Of a DNA stretch of 64,000 bases, positions 44,448 through 56,600 are shown in pieces. Below the pieces are notes generated by a model, which had not been told where the DNA came from, ran no database searches, and worked only from the letters and a program-made list of their open reading frames with translations. Both the position numbers and the translations under genes were made by a program. Origin of the DNA: Selaginella moellendorffii (taxonomy: Eukaryota; Plantae; Lycopodiophyta). Every line of letters begins with the position of its first letter. Position 1 is the first letter of the stretch. The DNA lies in contig NW_003314262.1 in the NCBI RefSeq assembly GCF_000143415.4, positions 4,586,389-4,650,388 on the forward strand, written 5' to 3'.

Positions 44448-47400
44448 TCCCAGGCTTAGGGCATGCTCAATTTGCATGGTCACACTAAAATTTTTCCTTA
44501 TGTTAACCTTGGGCCAATGGGAGATCACCATAGCTTCAGTGCTCATTGGCTTGAGCAAGGCAATACAGGCATTTGATATGTGTCATCAATGTGTCTTGCC
44601 ACTAAAGCAATTCTGCTTGTTCTTTAGCTTGCCCTAGATGATCAAGCTAAAGCTTGCTTGCTGGATCAGTGGCAATTGCAGCAATTGTGCTTCTTCTTGT
44701 GGAGATCTATGTCAATGTCTAGCTGGCAGCTGCTAATTTAGCTGTCAACCATAACAATTTGGCTTTTTGTGTGTTGTGGACATTTGAAACGTGTTCATTT
44801 GGGTTTGTAGATGCTATTGAGTGGCAAAGCTAGAGCCAGCTTTCAACACAGCCAAAACCATCTGAAACTTTAATGAGCTTCCTATCAAACTCCTTGCCTT
44901 CTTCTTGCTTGAGAAAGCATTGAAAGCAGCAATATAGCTTCCATCGTCCACTACACACTTGCCTCCTTCATCCTCTATCTTGTTCAGAAAGTTGAGAGCC
45001 AAATCTTTTTGCCTATTCTCTACATTCAGAGTGTTCTAGGAGACAATCACGATTGCCTTAGGTTCTTGATCAGCAAACCCAGCTCATTTGCACTTCTGTA
45101 GTGGTGGTGGTGGTTAAGATGCAATGGAAAGTATAGGAGGCTTTTTGAGTGCTCATCACAGCCTAAAAAAGGTGTGCCAATTCTTTGTCTAAGCTTTGTT
45201 GTTTGCTAGATTAGCATTGGTGCAACTTCCTTTTTTTTACAGTTCAAGGTGTGCATAGTTTGTGTTCCTACCATGCGAAAATAGTCTTCAAATTTTTTTT
45301 TCTTTTCTTTTTAAATTCTTTTTTGTGAATGTGAGCTTTGGCTTTTACTTAGATCTAAGCTTGAGAGCTAATGGCTAATGAGCCTCCCCCTTATTGCTTT
45401 ATATATATAGAGCCATCTCTTAACAGAGAAATATGTATATATAAAAATATTTCTATTTTTAATGAAAATTATGATCCTATAGTTTATCCTTTACTTTTAC
45501 CATTTGGTGATAAAGGTTAGCATGAAAAAATGCACATATAACACTACTTCAATACTATGCATATCAATTATCTCAACAAAATAGCATTAGCAATTCTTTT
45601 TTTTATAATCAATTGTTACGTCCTGAAAAGCTCACTTAACAATTTATGGTTGATGGTTATGTAAAAAGTGAATCTAAATTTATTTATTTTTACACTCATC
45701 AAAAACATTTAAAAATGGATTACTACATAGGTTTATCTTTGTATTAGGCCATCAGTATGCCAAAATAACATTGAACTTTATTTGGCTTTATTTTATGTAT
45801 TGGTCTTGATGTTGGGATACTGAATACTTTAGAACTGTTCCTATATCACTTAGTGCTTTTGCTCTTTCACTCTTTAAGCTATATTTATTTTACAAAAGAG
45901 AGTGAGATAAATGCTCTAAAAATGAAACAATGTTAACAAAATGGTTTAAACTTAATATACATTTTTTATATATATTCCTTGATATTATGTGTTTAATAAA
46001 CATATGTAACCTTGGCAAAAACAATTCTCTCAAATGTATGCAATACTGCCCAATATGTAATACTGTAGTAATGGGCAGTATTGCAGTAACATCATTTGAG
46101 TCTTTAAGAACTATTGATATGACACATTTCAACAAATTGCACTAAGAATAGAACTTCTTGTTGATGATATCAAATGGGAAAAATGTATGTACAAAGTAAA
46201 TGCATTTTAAATGCCACAACAATTAAGACATTAATATTCCTTTCTTCATCAAGCAAATGCAAAGCATCAGCTTCAATGGCCAACATGATTATGATAGTTA
46301 AAGACCTTTACAGATAGCAACAACAAACCATAGCCACTCAAGCCCAAGCAAAAAAAGAAGTGGCTGCTCAAATTGTTATAGATCCCTTAGCATCAGTTGT
46401 GAGTAAATCTCTATCTATACCAAATCTAGTAATACGATGAGTGGCTTGTAAGTTCCTCTTCAAGTCACTGATCTCCTCTCATCTTGGGATCTCACCAATT
46501 GCTATTCACATTTTGGAGCCAATTCTTTAGCAATTGATTAACACTCTTATCACCTTTTCACTATGTGAAATGTTGTGTCTTATGTATTTATTACAACCTT
46601 AGAGACACTTATAATCTATGGGAAGAATTTAAAGATTATTTATTAGAAACCTTTTCAAGAACTCATCCTTTTGATTATTATAATTTTACTTTACAATTAG
46701 ATATAAATAAGAAACTCAATACATATGGTAAAACAAATCAGATATCTATATCTTTTTAAAATTCAACTACTCAGATAATAAAACTGAAATCAAGAGAAAT
46801 TGCATCACAAAACTCAAACTAATATGAATATATTCAATGTTGAGTAAAACTCTATATTTCATCTAATTACACATTTAATTCATAATACAATTGAAACCAA
46901 TTGCAAAAAAAGGATATTTGAAGTGGATTTGATAAATATGGATATATATAAAGCTCATATGCTAAACAACATCATTAATGTATGGTATATTATAGCATCA
47001 AAGATCCATGGTATATTTCCTGATGAAATAGATGCATAAAGTTCCTTTTGTTCCATAATATACATCATTTGAAAGGCTTTTACATATGTTCAAGTGTCAG
47101 AGCACATGTTCAAATGTAATTTGATTTTCATTAGAAGTTTGCAAATGCCTATAAGGCATATTCTATTGCCCTATGTTTTGAAGGATGTGTAGGAGGCAAG
47201 CTATATTACTTTTTATAAATTTTATAAGGGTACAGAAAAAGAAAAGATTAGGTAGAAATAACTAGCAAGAGTTAAATGCATATTCCTTTCAAGTGCCATT
47301 TGTGACACCTCAAGTCAATTGAGTGTGCTAAGCTGAGCAATAGGAATGGTATGTGATAACAATAATTTCTTGAAGTGAAAACCATCTTGACTCAAAACAT

Positions 47401-47959
47401 AACTCATCAGATGGCAAAGCTAAAAGCTTAAAGAGTTTACAAGGGATGGCAAGTACTTTCAAAATCCACATTAGACCAAGATATCAAAGGTTCCACCATA
47501 AATGTGTGTACATGCGTGTGTTGATTTTCTTTTTATGATTGGTTTTAACACTTCTATCCAACATTGTAATTAACAAAACATTTAGCAACTTTGCAAAACA
47601 AAGTCTAATGCCTTCATTTGCTCCTAAAGTTGAAGTTCTCTTAGACAATTTAGTTTGATAGAGTTTAATAGCCAAGAATCACTATAATATATATAGTTTT
47701 CACACTTTACCTTATAGTGATTTACTATAGAATAATGACAGAGCACAACCAAACCCTTAGATATGTGGGCCAAGGGCATCTAAGTTTCAGAGCCTTGGGC
47801 CACTAAACAAAAGAATAAAACCAAATATACAACCAAGTAGCGAAAGAATTGAAGCACTCAATAACTCATAAGCGTATAACTCAAGGAGTGAAAAAATAAG
47901 AGCACTAAGTGATATAAGAATAGTCCTAGTGTATTTAGCATCTCAACACCAAGACCAAC

Positions 47960-50900
47960 TGTTGCGAATGTGACTTCGGGTATCGAAAGATACTTGTCAG
48001 CCAGTCCTTACGGACACTCTTTCCTTACTGCCATGACGGTAGGAGGTCAGTACAATTGGATCCCTTTAATAGCCCCTCTCGTGCTAGTGGAGTTAACTGG
48101 GCATTTCGAGTGTACTTAGACCGGATGAGCATAAGGACGGAATTCTTACATGCTATTAGCTAAACATACTTAGCCCGATAAGGAGTTCCCGTCTCGTTTT
48201 GTCTTGCACTTGCTAGTGACAAGAACCCTCACGTATTGAGACTAATCCCTCAATATCACTGGATGATAGCTTACCGTGTTTGCCAAACACCCTCGCTATC
48301 ATGCCCTTAGTGTTGGTCTCATTTCAGTCCCATATGCTATTTATGGAAAGTGTTTAGATTTGCTCATTTGGAATATCTACAGAATGTAGTGATTGGCCTG
48401 AACATAATGATGTTCATCCCATATCCAAATTCGTAATCTAAGGACATTTCATATTTAGTAAGTTTCGAGCTTGTCCCAAAGACTAACTCCTGGTACTAAG
48501 GGAGGCTTGGGTGAAAGCCTAAAGTGTGTGTTCCTCAAAGGGGGGGGGGGGGGGGGAGCGCTGTGGGGGGTTCCAAATGTATAGTAGGGATAGTGGTTGG
48601 AATGCATGTTTGACCACTTGAGACATTAGTTTGGCTCCTGCTAGGCTGTGTCGCTCCTTGCTCTACATCTGGCTTGGGTCTAAGCCCAAGCTCCATGCTG
48701 CTCTAGTTGGTGGAGTACCCTCCTCCTCGCGTTAGGCCACCGGTATGCCAAAATAGTGCCAGACTCCGTTTAACACCATTTTGCGTGCAGGTGTTGGATA
48801 CGGGGAGCTAGTGCTCATGGGATTGTACCGGACCCTCGTTCGTAGTGCAACGGGCTTGGAGTTCGGCTCCAAATTCAGGTGCGCTACATTTGGTATCACA
48901 GGAATTGTCTCAGCAATTCCTATCCAACTTTTGTCGGATTTTCTGACTCAAGTTGCATATGCAGAGACTTTTCTAGTAGATCCGAAGCGACTTGTGTAGG
49001 ATTAGCTGGATAGCACCATTCGGTAAGAACGTTGTATGCATATTCAGTTATTGATAGAGGCATGCATGCAGCTAGCAGGATGGTGAAGAGGAACCGTGCT
49101 GATGACACTGAAACCTCTAGACGGGTGAATCGAGAGGAGGAAACTCCTACTAGAGATGCTGCGGAAGAGGCTAAGGCCGAGTCAGAAGAGGAAGAGCTAG
49201 ATGTTGCGGCGTTGCAGCGTACGGCTCAAGAAGTGGAGATTGAGAATTTGCGAAGGGAAGTTCGCAAATTGAAGAAGGAGAACAAGAAGAGGAAGAAAGA
49301 AGCTGAGGCATCTAAACCAACTAAACCTAAGCAACCGGGCTCCCCTTCAAGTTCTGAGGACAATGAAGTTCTGCAACCGCCCCCGGTTGCACGAGTTTCA
49401 AAGTTCAAGCCTCCAAAACCACCCAACTTTAGAGGCATGCGGGACTATCAAGTTTTGGAGGATTGGGTCTATGATATGGAAAATTATTTCATAGCGGCAG
49501 ACGTAAATGATTGTACAAAAGTTGTGTATGCGCAATCCTTTCTCACCGATCATGCCAAAACTTGGTGGCACCAGGTATGTGCTGAAAAAGGGCAGACTAG
49601 AAGTTGGACCAAGATGCGGTCTCATATCCGTAAGGAATACTTGCCGGATGATCTTGGTCTGAGACTTCGCGCGGAGCTGTAACGGTTAAAGCAGCGAGGG
49701 GATCTCATGCATTACGTTAATGCGTTTGCTTAGAAGCGCATTATGATTGCAAATATGAGTGACAAAGATGCTCGGAGTTATTTTCTAGAGGGTTTAAGTT
49801 CATTTTCTCGCAATGAGATTTTGAAGTTTAAGCTGAAGACATACCTAGAGTGTAAGGAGGTAGCGCAGCAAGTTGCGTTTAGTCACTCACTCATGGAACA
49901 ATATCAGCAACCACGTGCTGGTAACTCAGATAAGAATAGAAATTCTGGGAATAAGCAAGGTGATCGGAAACAAAGGGTGGAAAGCAGGTACCACCCTGGG
50001 GGCTCATAAGCTACGGTTAGTAAAGGTGGTGGTGGTTGGAGACCACCAGCAGCTTCTTCTGGTCCTAGACCCTCTGTTCCTCCTCTTGGTGGGTATAAGT
50101 AGCAGCAACTTGCAAAACCTGCTCCTAGCGGAACGGGTAGTGTGGGTCATTGCTTCCATTGTGGAGAGTCGGGACATAGGTCCTCGGAATGTCCCAACAA
50201 GCATAAGACAAGGTCTCGGGTTAATGTCATGAGGGAAGACGGTGGTGGTGAAGCTAAAGGGGTTGACGAGTTGGTCAATGCAGACTATGAGGAAGAAGAG
50301 GTGAGTAACTTTTGTTGCTTTCCTCAAGCTTTTCTTGCAGTCAATGCAAACACTGATCCATTGATGTATCTGGTAGGCTTTGTCCATGGACACCGAATCC
50401 GAGTGATGATTGACACGGGAGCTACACACAGTGTGATATCCAAAGATTTAGTTAAGTTGTTAGGATTGAATGTTGAGCAAATGTCACCTATGCACTTCTG
50501 GTTTGCGAAAGGTGGGCAAGTAGCCAGAAATTTTGTGAGTGATGTTCCAATAAAGATATCCAAGTGGAAAGAAAGAGTGGACTTGGTAGTGTTGAAGATA
50601 CCAAATTTTCAGATGGTGTTTGGTATGGGATTTCTTCAACAAGTATATAAAAGGGATTTATGGTGCTGGACAAAGTTGTATCACATTGAAGTCAAAAGAA
50701 CATCCTAATGTATCCTTTCAGTTGCAAAAGTGTTCCTCAAAGGATTGGGATGCAAAGTTCCTGACTACAAGGGCCGCTCAAAAAGTAGCTAAGAGGGGGT
50801 GTCGAACCTTTTGGGTTCAAGTGATGGAAGCTGAGGGTGTTGGTGACTCAGTTCGAATCAGCAACGGGGTTGATCCTGTACCAAAAAGGATATTGGAGTT

Positions 50901-53900
50901 GTTGGCGAGGAATCAAGATATCTTTCCAAAGGATTTGCTGCCAGGGCTACCTCCTAGCCGTGAGGTTGATCATCGGATTGAGGTTATTCCAGGTTCTAAA
51001 CCACCTACGAAAGCTCCATATCGGTTGAGCATCAAGGAGATGGCTGAACTCAAGAAGCAACTCACGGAGCTTCTTGACAAAGGTCATATCTGACCAAGCA
51101 AATCACCTTATGGAGCACCGGTCCTTTTTGTTATGAAAAAGGATGGAACCATGAGGATGTGTATTGACTATCGGGCACTCAACAAGATCACAGTTAAAAA
51201 CAGTTATCCTTTGCTTCGCATTGATGACTTGTTTGACCAACTCTTAAAGGCTAAGTATTTTATGCAACTTGATTTGCAGTCCGAGTATCATCAGATACGG
51301 GTGGCAGATCAGGATGTGGAGAAGACAGCCTTTAAGACTCAATACGGATCTTATGAGTTCCTTGTCATGCCGTTCGAGTTATGCAATGCTTCGGCAACGT
51401 TTAGCACTATAATGGATAGAATATTCGGAGATTATTTGGACACATTTTTTGTCCTATACATTGACGATGTTCTAGTCTTTAGTGAAACGTTGGAGGATCA
51501 TTTGAAACACTGGAGTTGGTGTTTCAGAAGTTGCGCGAACACAAACTGTATGCTAAGGAAAGTAAATGCGCTTTTGGACAATTGCACGTAAACTTTCTCG
51601 GACATATAGTTGGTGGTGGCGTGATTGAGGTTGATCCAAAGAAGGTGGAAGCAGTGAAGTCTTGGGAAGTTCCGACCACTGTATCAGATGTTCATTCCTT
51701 TCTCGGTTTGGCGGGATACTATCACAAGTTTATTCGCAATTTTGCAAGAATTGCTCTTCCATTGACTGAGTTGATCAAGAGTAGTATTCCATTTCACTGG
51801 ACACCAGCTTGTCAGCGTGCTTTTGTATGGTTGAAGGAGATCTTGACTACGGTTCCTATTCTCAGGATCCCAGATCTTGATAAACCCTTCGAAGTGCATT
51901 GTGATGCATCTCGTTATAGAACGCAACGGGACAACCATGTCGCCTTAGCATAACACCAATTGCTTTGTCACAATCTTGCTGTAGCACGGCACCAATAGCA
52001 TTCCAAGAAATTGGATGAAACCCAACGAAGATGGCCAATGCATGAGAAAGAGATGTTTGCTATAGTGTCGGCCCTGGAACACTAGAGACACTACTTGGGT
52101 GGACATACCAAGGTTTATACGGATAGTAACACACTAAGCTACTTTGCTACGTAGCCTAAACTTATGCCGAAGCAGGCTCGTCAGCAAGAGAAGCTTGCTA
52201 GATATGATATTGAAACCATATATAAACCTAGTAAAGACAATATTGTTCCGGATGCATTGAGTCGTCAAGCTCAATTCCAGGCAATAACAGCAATCAGTTC
52301 GGACTGGTTGGAGGACGTCGGGCTTTGTATGGAAGTGATTCATTGGCGAAAGCAATCTTACGCCATGCAGAGTTGTCAAAGCAGAACTCTAGTATCAAGG
52401 CAGCAAAAGTTGCTAACCACACCAATGCGAAGCTTCACTTCTCGGTTTGGGATGGGCTTATATTCTATAAGCAAGAAAGATTGTATCTTCCCTCTAAGGA
52501 TCTACAACAGTTATTTCTACGGGAACATCATGATGTTCCAGCAGCAGGACATGGTGGACAGCAAAAGACTCTAGCTTCGTTGAAAAAGGGATTTTTCTAG
52601 TCTAGTATGGAAGGTGATGTAGCGGATTATGTCCATTCCTGCCCTATATGCCAGAAATGTAAGCGCAGAATTGAGAAGCAGGCTGGGAAGTTGCAATGCA
52701 TTCCAGCACCGGCATGGCCATTTCAAAGTGTGACACTTGATTTCGTCACTTGCTTGCCGAAGTCTAAGGATTATGATACTTTGATAGTGGTTGTGGATCG
52801 GTTGTCAAAGATTGCACACTTCTTTCCAACTGTGGGAACAGTAAATGCAAAACAAGCAACAAAGCTCTTTTTCCATGAAGTAGTGCAGGTTCATGGTCTT
52901 CCTGAAGAGATGATCTTGGATAGAGATTCGAGGTTTATGGGGAAGTTTTGGGGCACATTATTCCAGCTGTTTGGTACCACATTGAAATTTAGTACGGCTT
53001 TTCATCCTCAAACCGATGGGCAGACCGAACGCGTGAATGCTCAAGTTAAGGATTATCTGCAGTACTATGTCGCGGCGAACCAACACGACTAGGTTGAGCA
53101 TTTGGATACAACAAAAATTTGTTATAACAACACATTTCATAGCGCTATAGGCTATTCTCCATGGGAGATGCTGCAAGGGAATGCTTGTGGGGTCCCTCAA
53201 CAGATTATTGTACCGAAACCAATGACCGAAGTGTTGGTCCTAGCTGTTGAGACTTATGCGGAGCAGCTACGCCAAGGTTCGTCTAGAGCTACTAAGGCGA
53301 TGGGCAAAGCTCAAGATAGGTATCGACGTGATAAGGATCAGCATTGTCAGGATGTATCCTATCAAGTGGGAGATCAGGTGTGGCTATCTTCCCGGAACTT
53401 GAACATTAAGGGTTCTTTGTCTCGGAAGTTCTTGCCGAGATATGTTGGACCTTATCGGGTGTTAAAACGAATTGGTGATGTATCCTATCAGTTGGATCTT
53501 CCTGTGGAGATGTCCAATATTCATAATGTATTTCATACCAATCTATTGGCTCCTTACACTATGGATATTACATGTCAAGGGGAAACTCGCCCGCCACCAG
53601 ACGTTGTGGATGGTGAACCAGAATATGAAGTTGAAGCTATCTTGGATTCTCGGTCTCGAAGACAGACTTGTTCCAAGGAATATCTAGTTAAGTGGAAAGG
53701 TTACCTGACTTGTGAATCAACTTGAGAACCTCTTAGGAATCTTATCCATGCTCGTGAGCTTGTCACGGAGTATGAGAATCGTAATAAAGCTTAGCTTTTG
53801 TAAATCTTGTAATAATCTTGCAAATTAATAAATAATATATTTCTATAAATCAAAGTGTCATTTCTCTCGTTCGTTAGTACTTGGGTCAGTTTTGGCAGGC

Positions 53901-55223
53901 TGACTTCGGCACTTCGGTGCATGGGTCCAATCCATAACCATGGGGATAACTATTATCGACTGATCACAAGTCCCCACCTCTCTCTCAATGCCTAACTTTT
54001 GAAAAGGGGCATAGTCATGTAAACAACTTAATCTGCCAGTTTATAATAGTTGTCTAAATCTTCCTGACAGGGTTGATTTCTTGCTCAGGGGAAGTTGGGC
54101 TTCTGGCCTTCTCCTTATGTCCCTACGGGCAGGGATATATCATTCCTTTGTAAGCCGAGTGGTACTTGGAGCAGCAAGGGTGGCTAACTCCGTTAGTCAT
54201 TTCCTTGTCGGTGATGGCCAGAGGGTGTCTGAGCCTTAACGTCTTTGGACGTCAAGGAGAGGTCATTCCATAACTCATTTAAGTTGGTGCGTTTCCCATA
54301 TAGTGTGCTTTTTGTTAACTTTCGGAGTTGTTTCCTTGACAATTTGCTAAACTCAAGTATGCATCGACGAGGACGTCGATCTTCCCCAAGGGGGGGAGAG
54401 TGTCGCAAATGTGACTTCGGGTATCGAAAGATACTTGTTGGCTAGTCCTTATGGACACTCTTTCCTTACTGCCATGACGGCAGGAGGTCAGTACAGTTGG
54501 ATCCCTTTAGTAGCCCCTCTTGTGCTAGTGGAGTTAACTAGGCATTTCAAGTGTACTTAGACCGGACGAGCATAAGGATGGAATTCCTACATGCTATTAG
54601 CTAAGCATACTTAGCCTGATAAGGAGTTTCTGTCTCGTTTTGTCTTGCACTTGCTAGTGACAAGAACCCTCGCGTATTGAGACTAGTCCCTCAATATCGC
54701 TAGATGATAGCTTACCGTGTTTGCCAAACACCCTCACTATCATGCCCTTAGTGTTGGTCTCATTTCATTCCCATATGCTATTTATGGAAAGTGTCTAGAT
54801 TTGCTCATTTGGCATATCTACAAAATGTAATGATCAGCCTAAACACAATGGTGTTTGTCCCGTATCCAAATTCGCAATCTAAGGACATTTCATATTTAGT
54901 AAGTTTCGAACTTGTCCCAGAGACTAACTCTTGATATGCATGTCCGACCACCTGAGACATTAGTTTGGCTCTCGCTGGGTTGTGTCGCTCCTTATTCTGC
55001 GTTCGGCTTGGGGTCTAAGCCCAAGCTCCACGCTGCTTTAGTCGGTAGAGTACCCTCCTCCTTGCGTTAGGCCACCGGTATGCCAAAATAGTGCCAGACT
55101 CCGTTTGACACCATTTTGCGTGTAGGTGTTGAATACGAGGAGCTGGTGCTCGTGGGATTGTACCGGATCCTCGTTCGTAGTGCAACAGGCTTGGAGTTCA
55201 GCTCCAAATTCAGGTGTGCTACA
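47960..55223 (+). mobile_element. Full-length Ty3/gypsy chromovirus LTR retrotransposon
   Basis: LTRs at 47960-48888 and 54401-55223 (TG...CA). TSD CCAAC on both sides, PBS TGGTATCA at 48891, PPT AAGGGGGGGAGAG at 54388-54400. Confidence 0.96.
49080..53794 (+). pseudogene. gag-pol (Gag CCHC, protease, RT, RNase H, integrase, chromodomain) with stops and frameshifts
   Basis: CFHCGESGHRSSEC; IDTGATH; MCIDYRALN and YIDD; VHCDAS; LDFV..DRD..HPQTDGQTERVN; YVGPY; EYEVEAILDSR..YLVKWKGY. Confidence 0.95.
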
Positions 55224-56600
55224 CCAACACTCAAAACAAAGCCAAAAATCATTAAAGTGCATATAGTTTTCACACTTTACTTTATGGTAATTTACCATGG
55301 GATAACTATAGAGTGGAATCAACCCTTGGACATATTGGCCAAGGGCAATAGAGTGGAATTTTAAATTGTTATTACAAGTGGTGACTTTTGACAAATTTTA
55401 CCTATTGTCCCTTGAGCACTAATAATTTCTCATTCTATCAAATGCAGATTGTGGCCATTATTCACAAAACCATCAATTAAAAAGAATATGAAACTTACAT
55501 CATATGACTCTTCATGGGGTGAGTGGTTATTACAAGGTGGAGATGGAAATAATTATTTTTCACACCTACCACTTCCTGTTGATTCAATTAAATTACCTTT
55601 AGTTAAAGCTTCTCTTCTAGATTTTATCTTTCAAAATCCTAATGATATTTCAAGCACAAAGTTATTCTTACCCCACTCAATGATGATACATTTCCAATCA
55701 GCAATTTTATCATCTCTTTATTAAAAGGTGATACATACACTTTCAAAAGTATTGACTATGTTGACATAGAAATAGAAAATCTATAGAATTTTTAAATTCT
55801 ATTACACCCTCTGGACTCACTCCACACATTAATTCTTAAGGAAGATTCATCCTTTTGAGAAATATGTCTCCTGGTCTTTGCAATGGTACATGCCTCTTGC
55901 TTAAAAGAGCATCCACTGTAATTTCATACAGTGAGATAATCACTGGACAATTCAAAGGGTCAAGAGCTTATCCCTCAAATACATTGTCATCCTCTGATGC
56001 TGCCATTCAGAATGTTAAGAAGACAATTTCCCATCCCTTTAGGTTATTGCCTTACCAGGATAAACATTTGACTATGTCAGACTATACTTGCCACATTCAG
56101 CTTTTACACATGGTCAGTTATATGTGGCTCTATCTAGAACTACATCTCCATCTAGCCTTATCAAAGCATAAAACACAAGGTAGAAGCTGGCCTTGGTGAC
56201 GTTAGATTAGTCTATTTTCACAATAAACACTGTACAGAGAAATACATGTAAGCATTTTTCTTTTCTATCACATCCACTAACACTTCTCCCACTCCAAGTT
56301 GATTAGTGCTACCTTTGTGTTCTTCATTTGCACTTTGACTGCCATAAAAAACGAGGCATTGTTAAATGTTTTTTAGTTTTTTTGACCCAGGTCAATTTTT
56401 AACAAATCAGTTCCAATTGCTGTCATACACTAGCTTTTTGTACGAGAGCCTGGGGATCTGATTGAGTATATTTTCTAGCAATAGTGACCTTGCCAACCGG
56501 CCAGCTCCTGCTAGGCAATTTCTAGTCTATGTATAATACCCTCTCTCCAAGGAACAAAGTGGCATATAACTTGAAGAGTGCTAATTGGATATCGGCAAAG

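Larger units (their letters stand above)
45367..56525 (+). mobile_element. Decayed Helitron (Rep-PIF1 helicase), interrupted by a chromovirus
   Basis: The 5' ~300 bp are an inverted copy of 44153-44447. Motifs TSFESLRTI, LLVDDIKWEKCM, GDF*QILPIV, EFLNSITPSG, LRNMSPGLCNGT and FTHGQLYVALSR. Imperfect 3' hairpin, then CTAG|T at 56522-56526. Confidence 0.8.
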
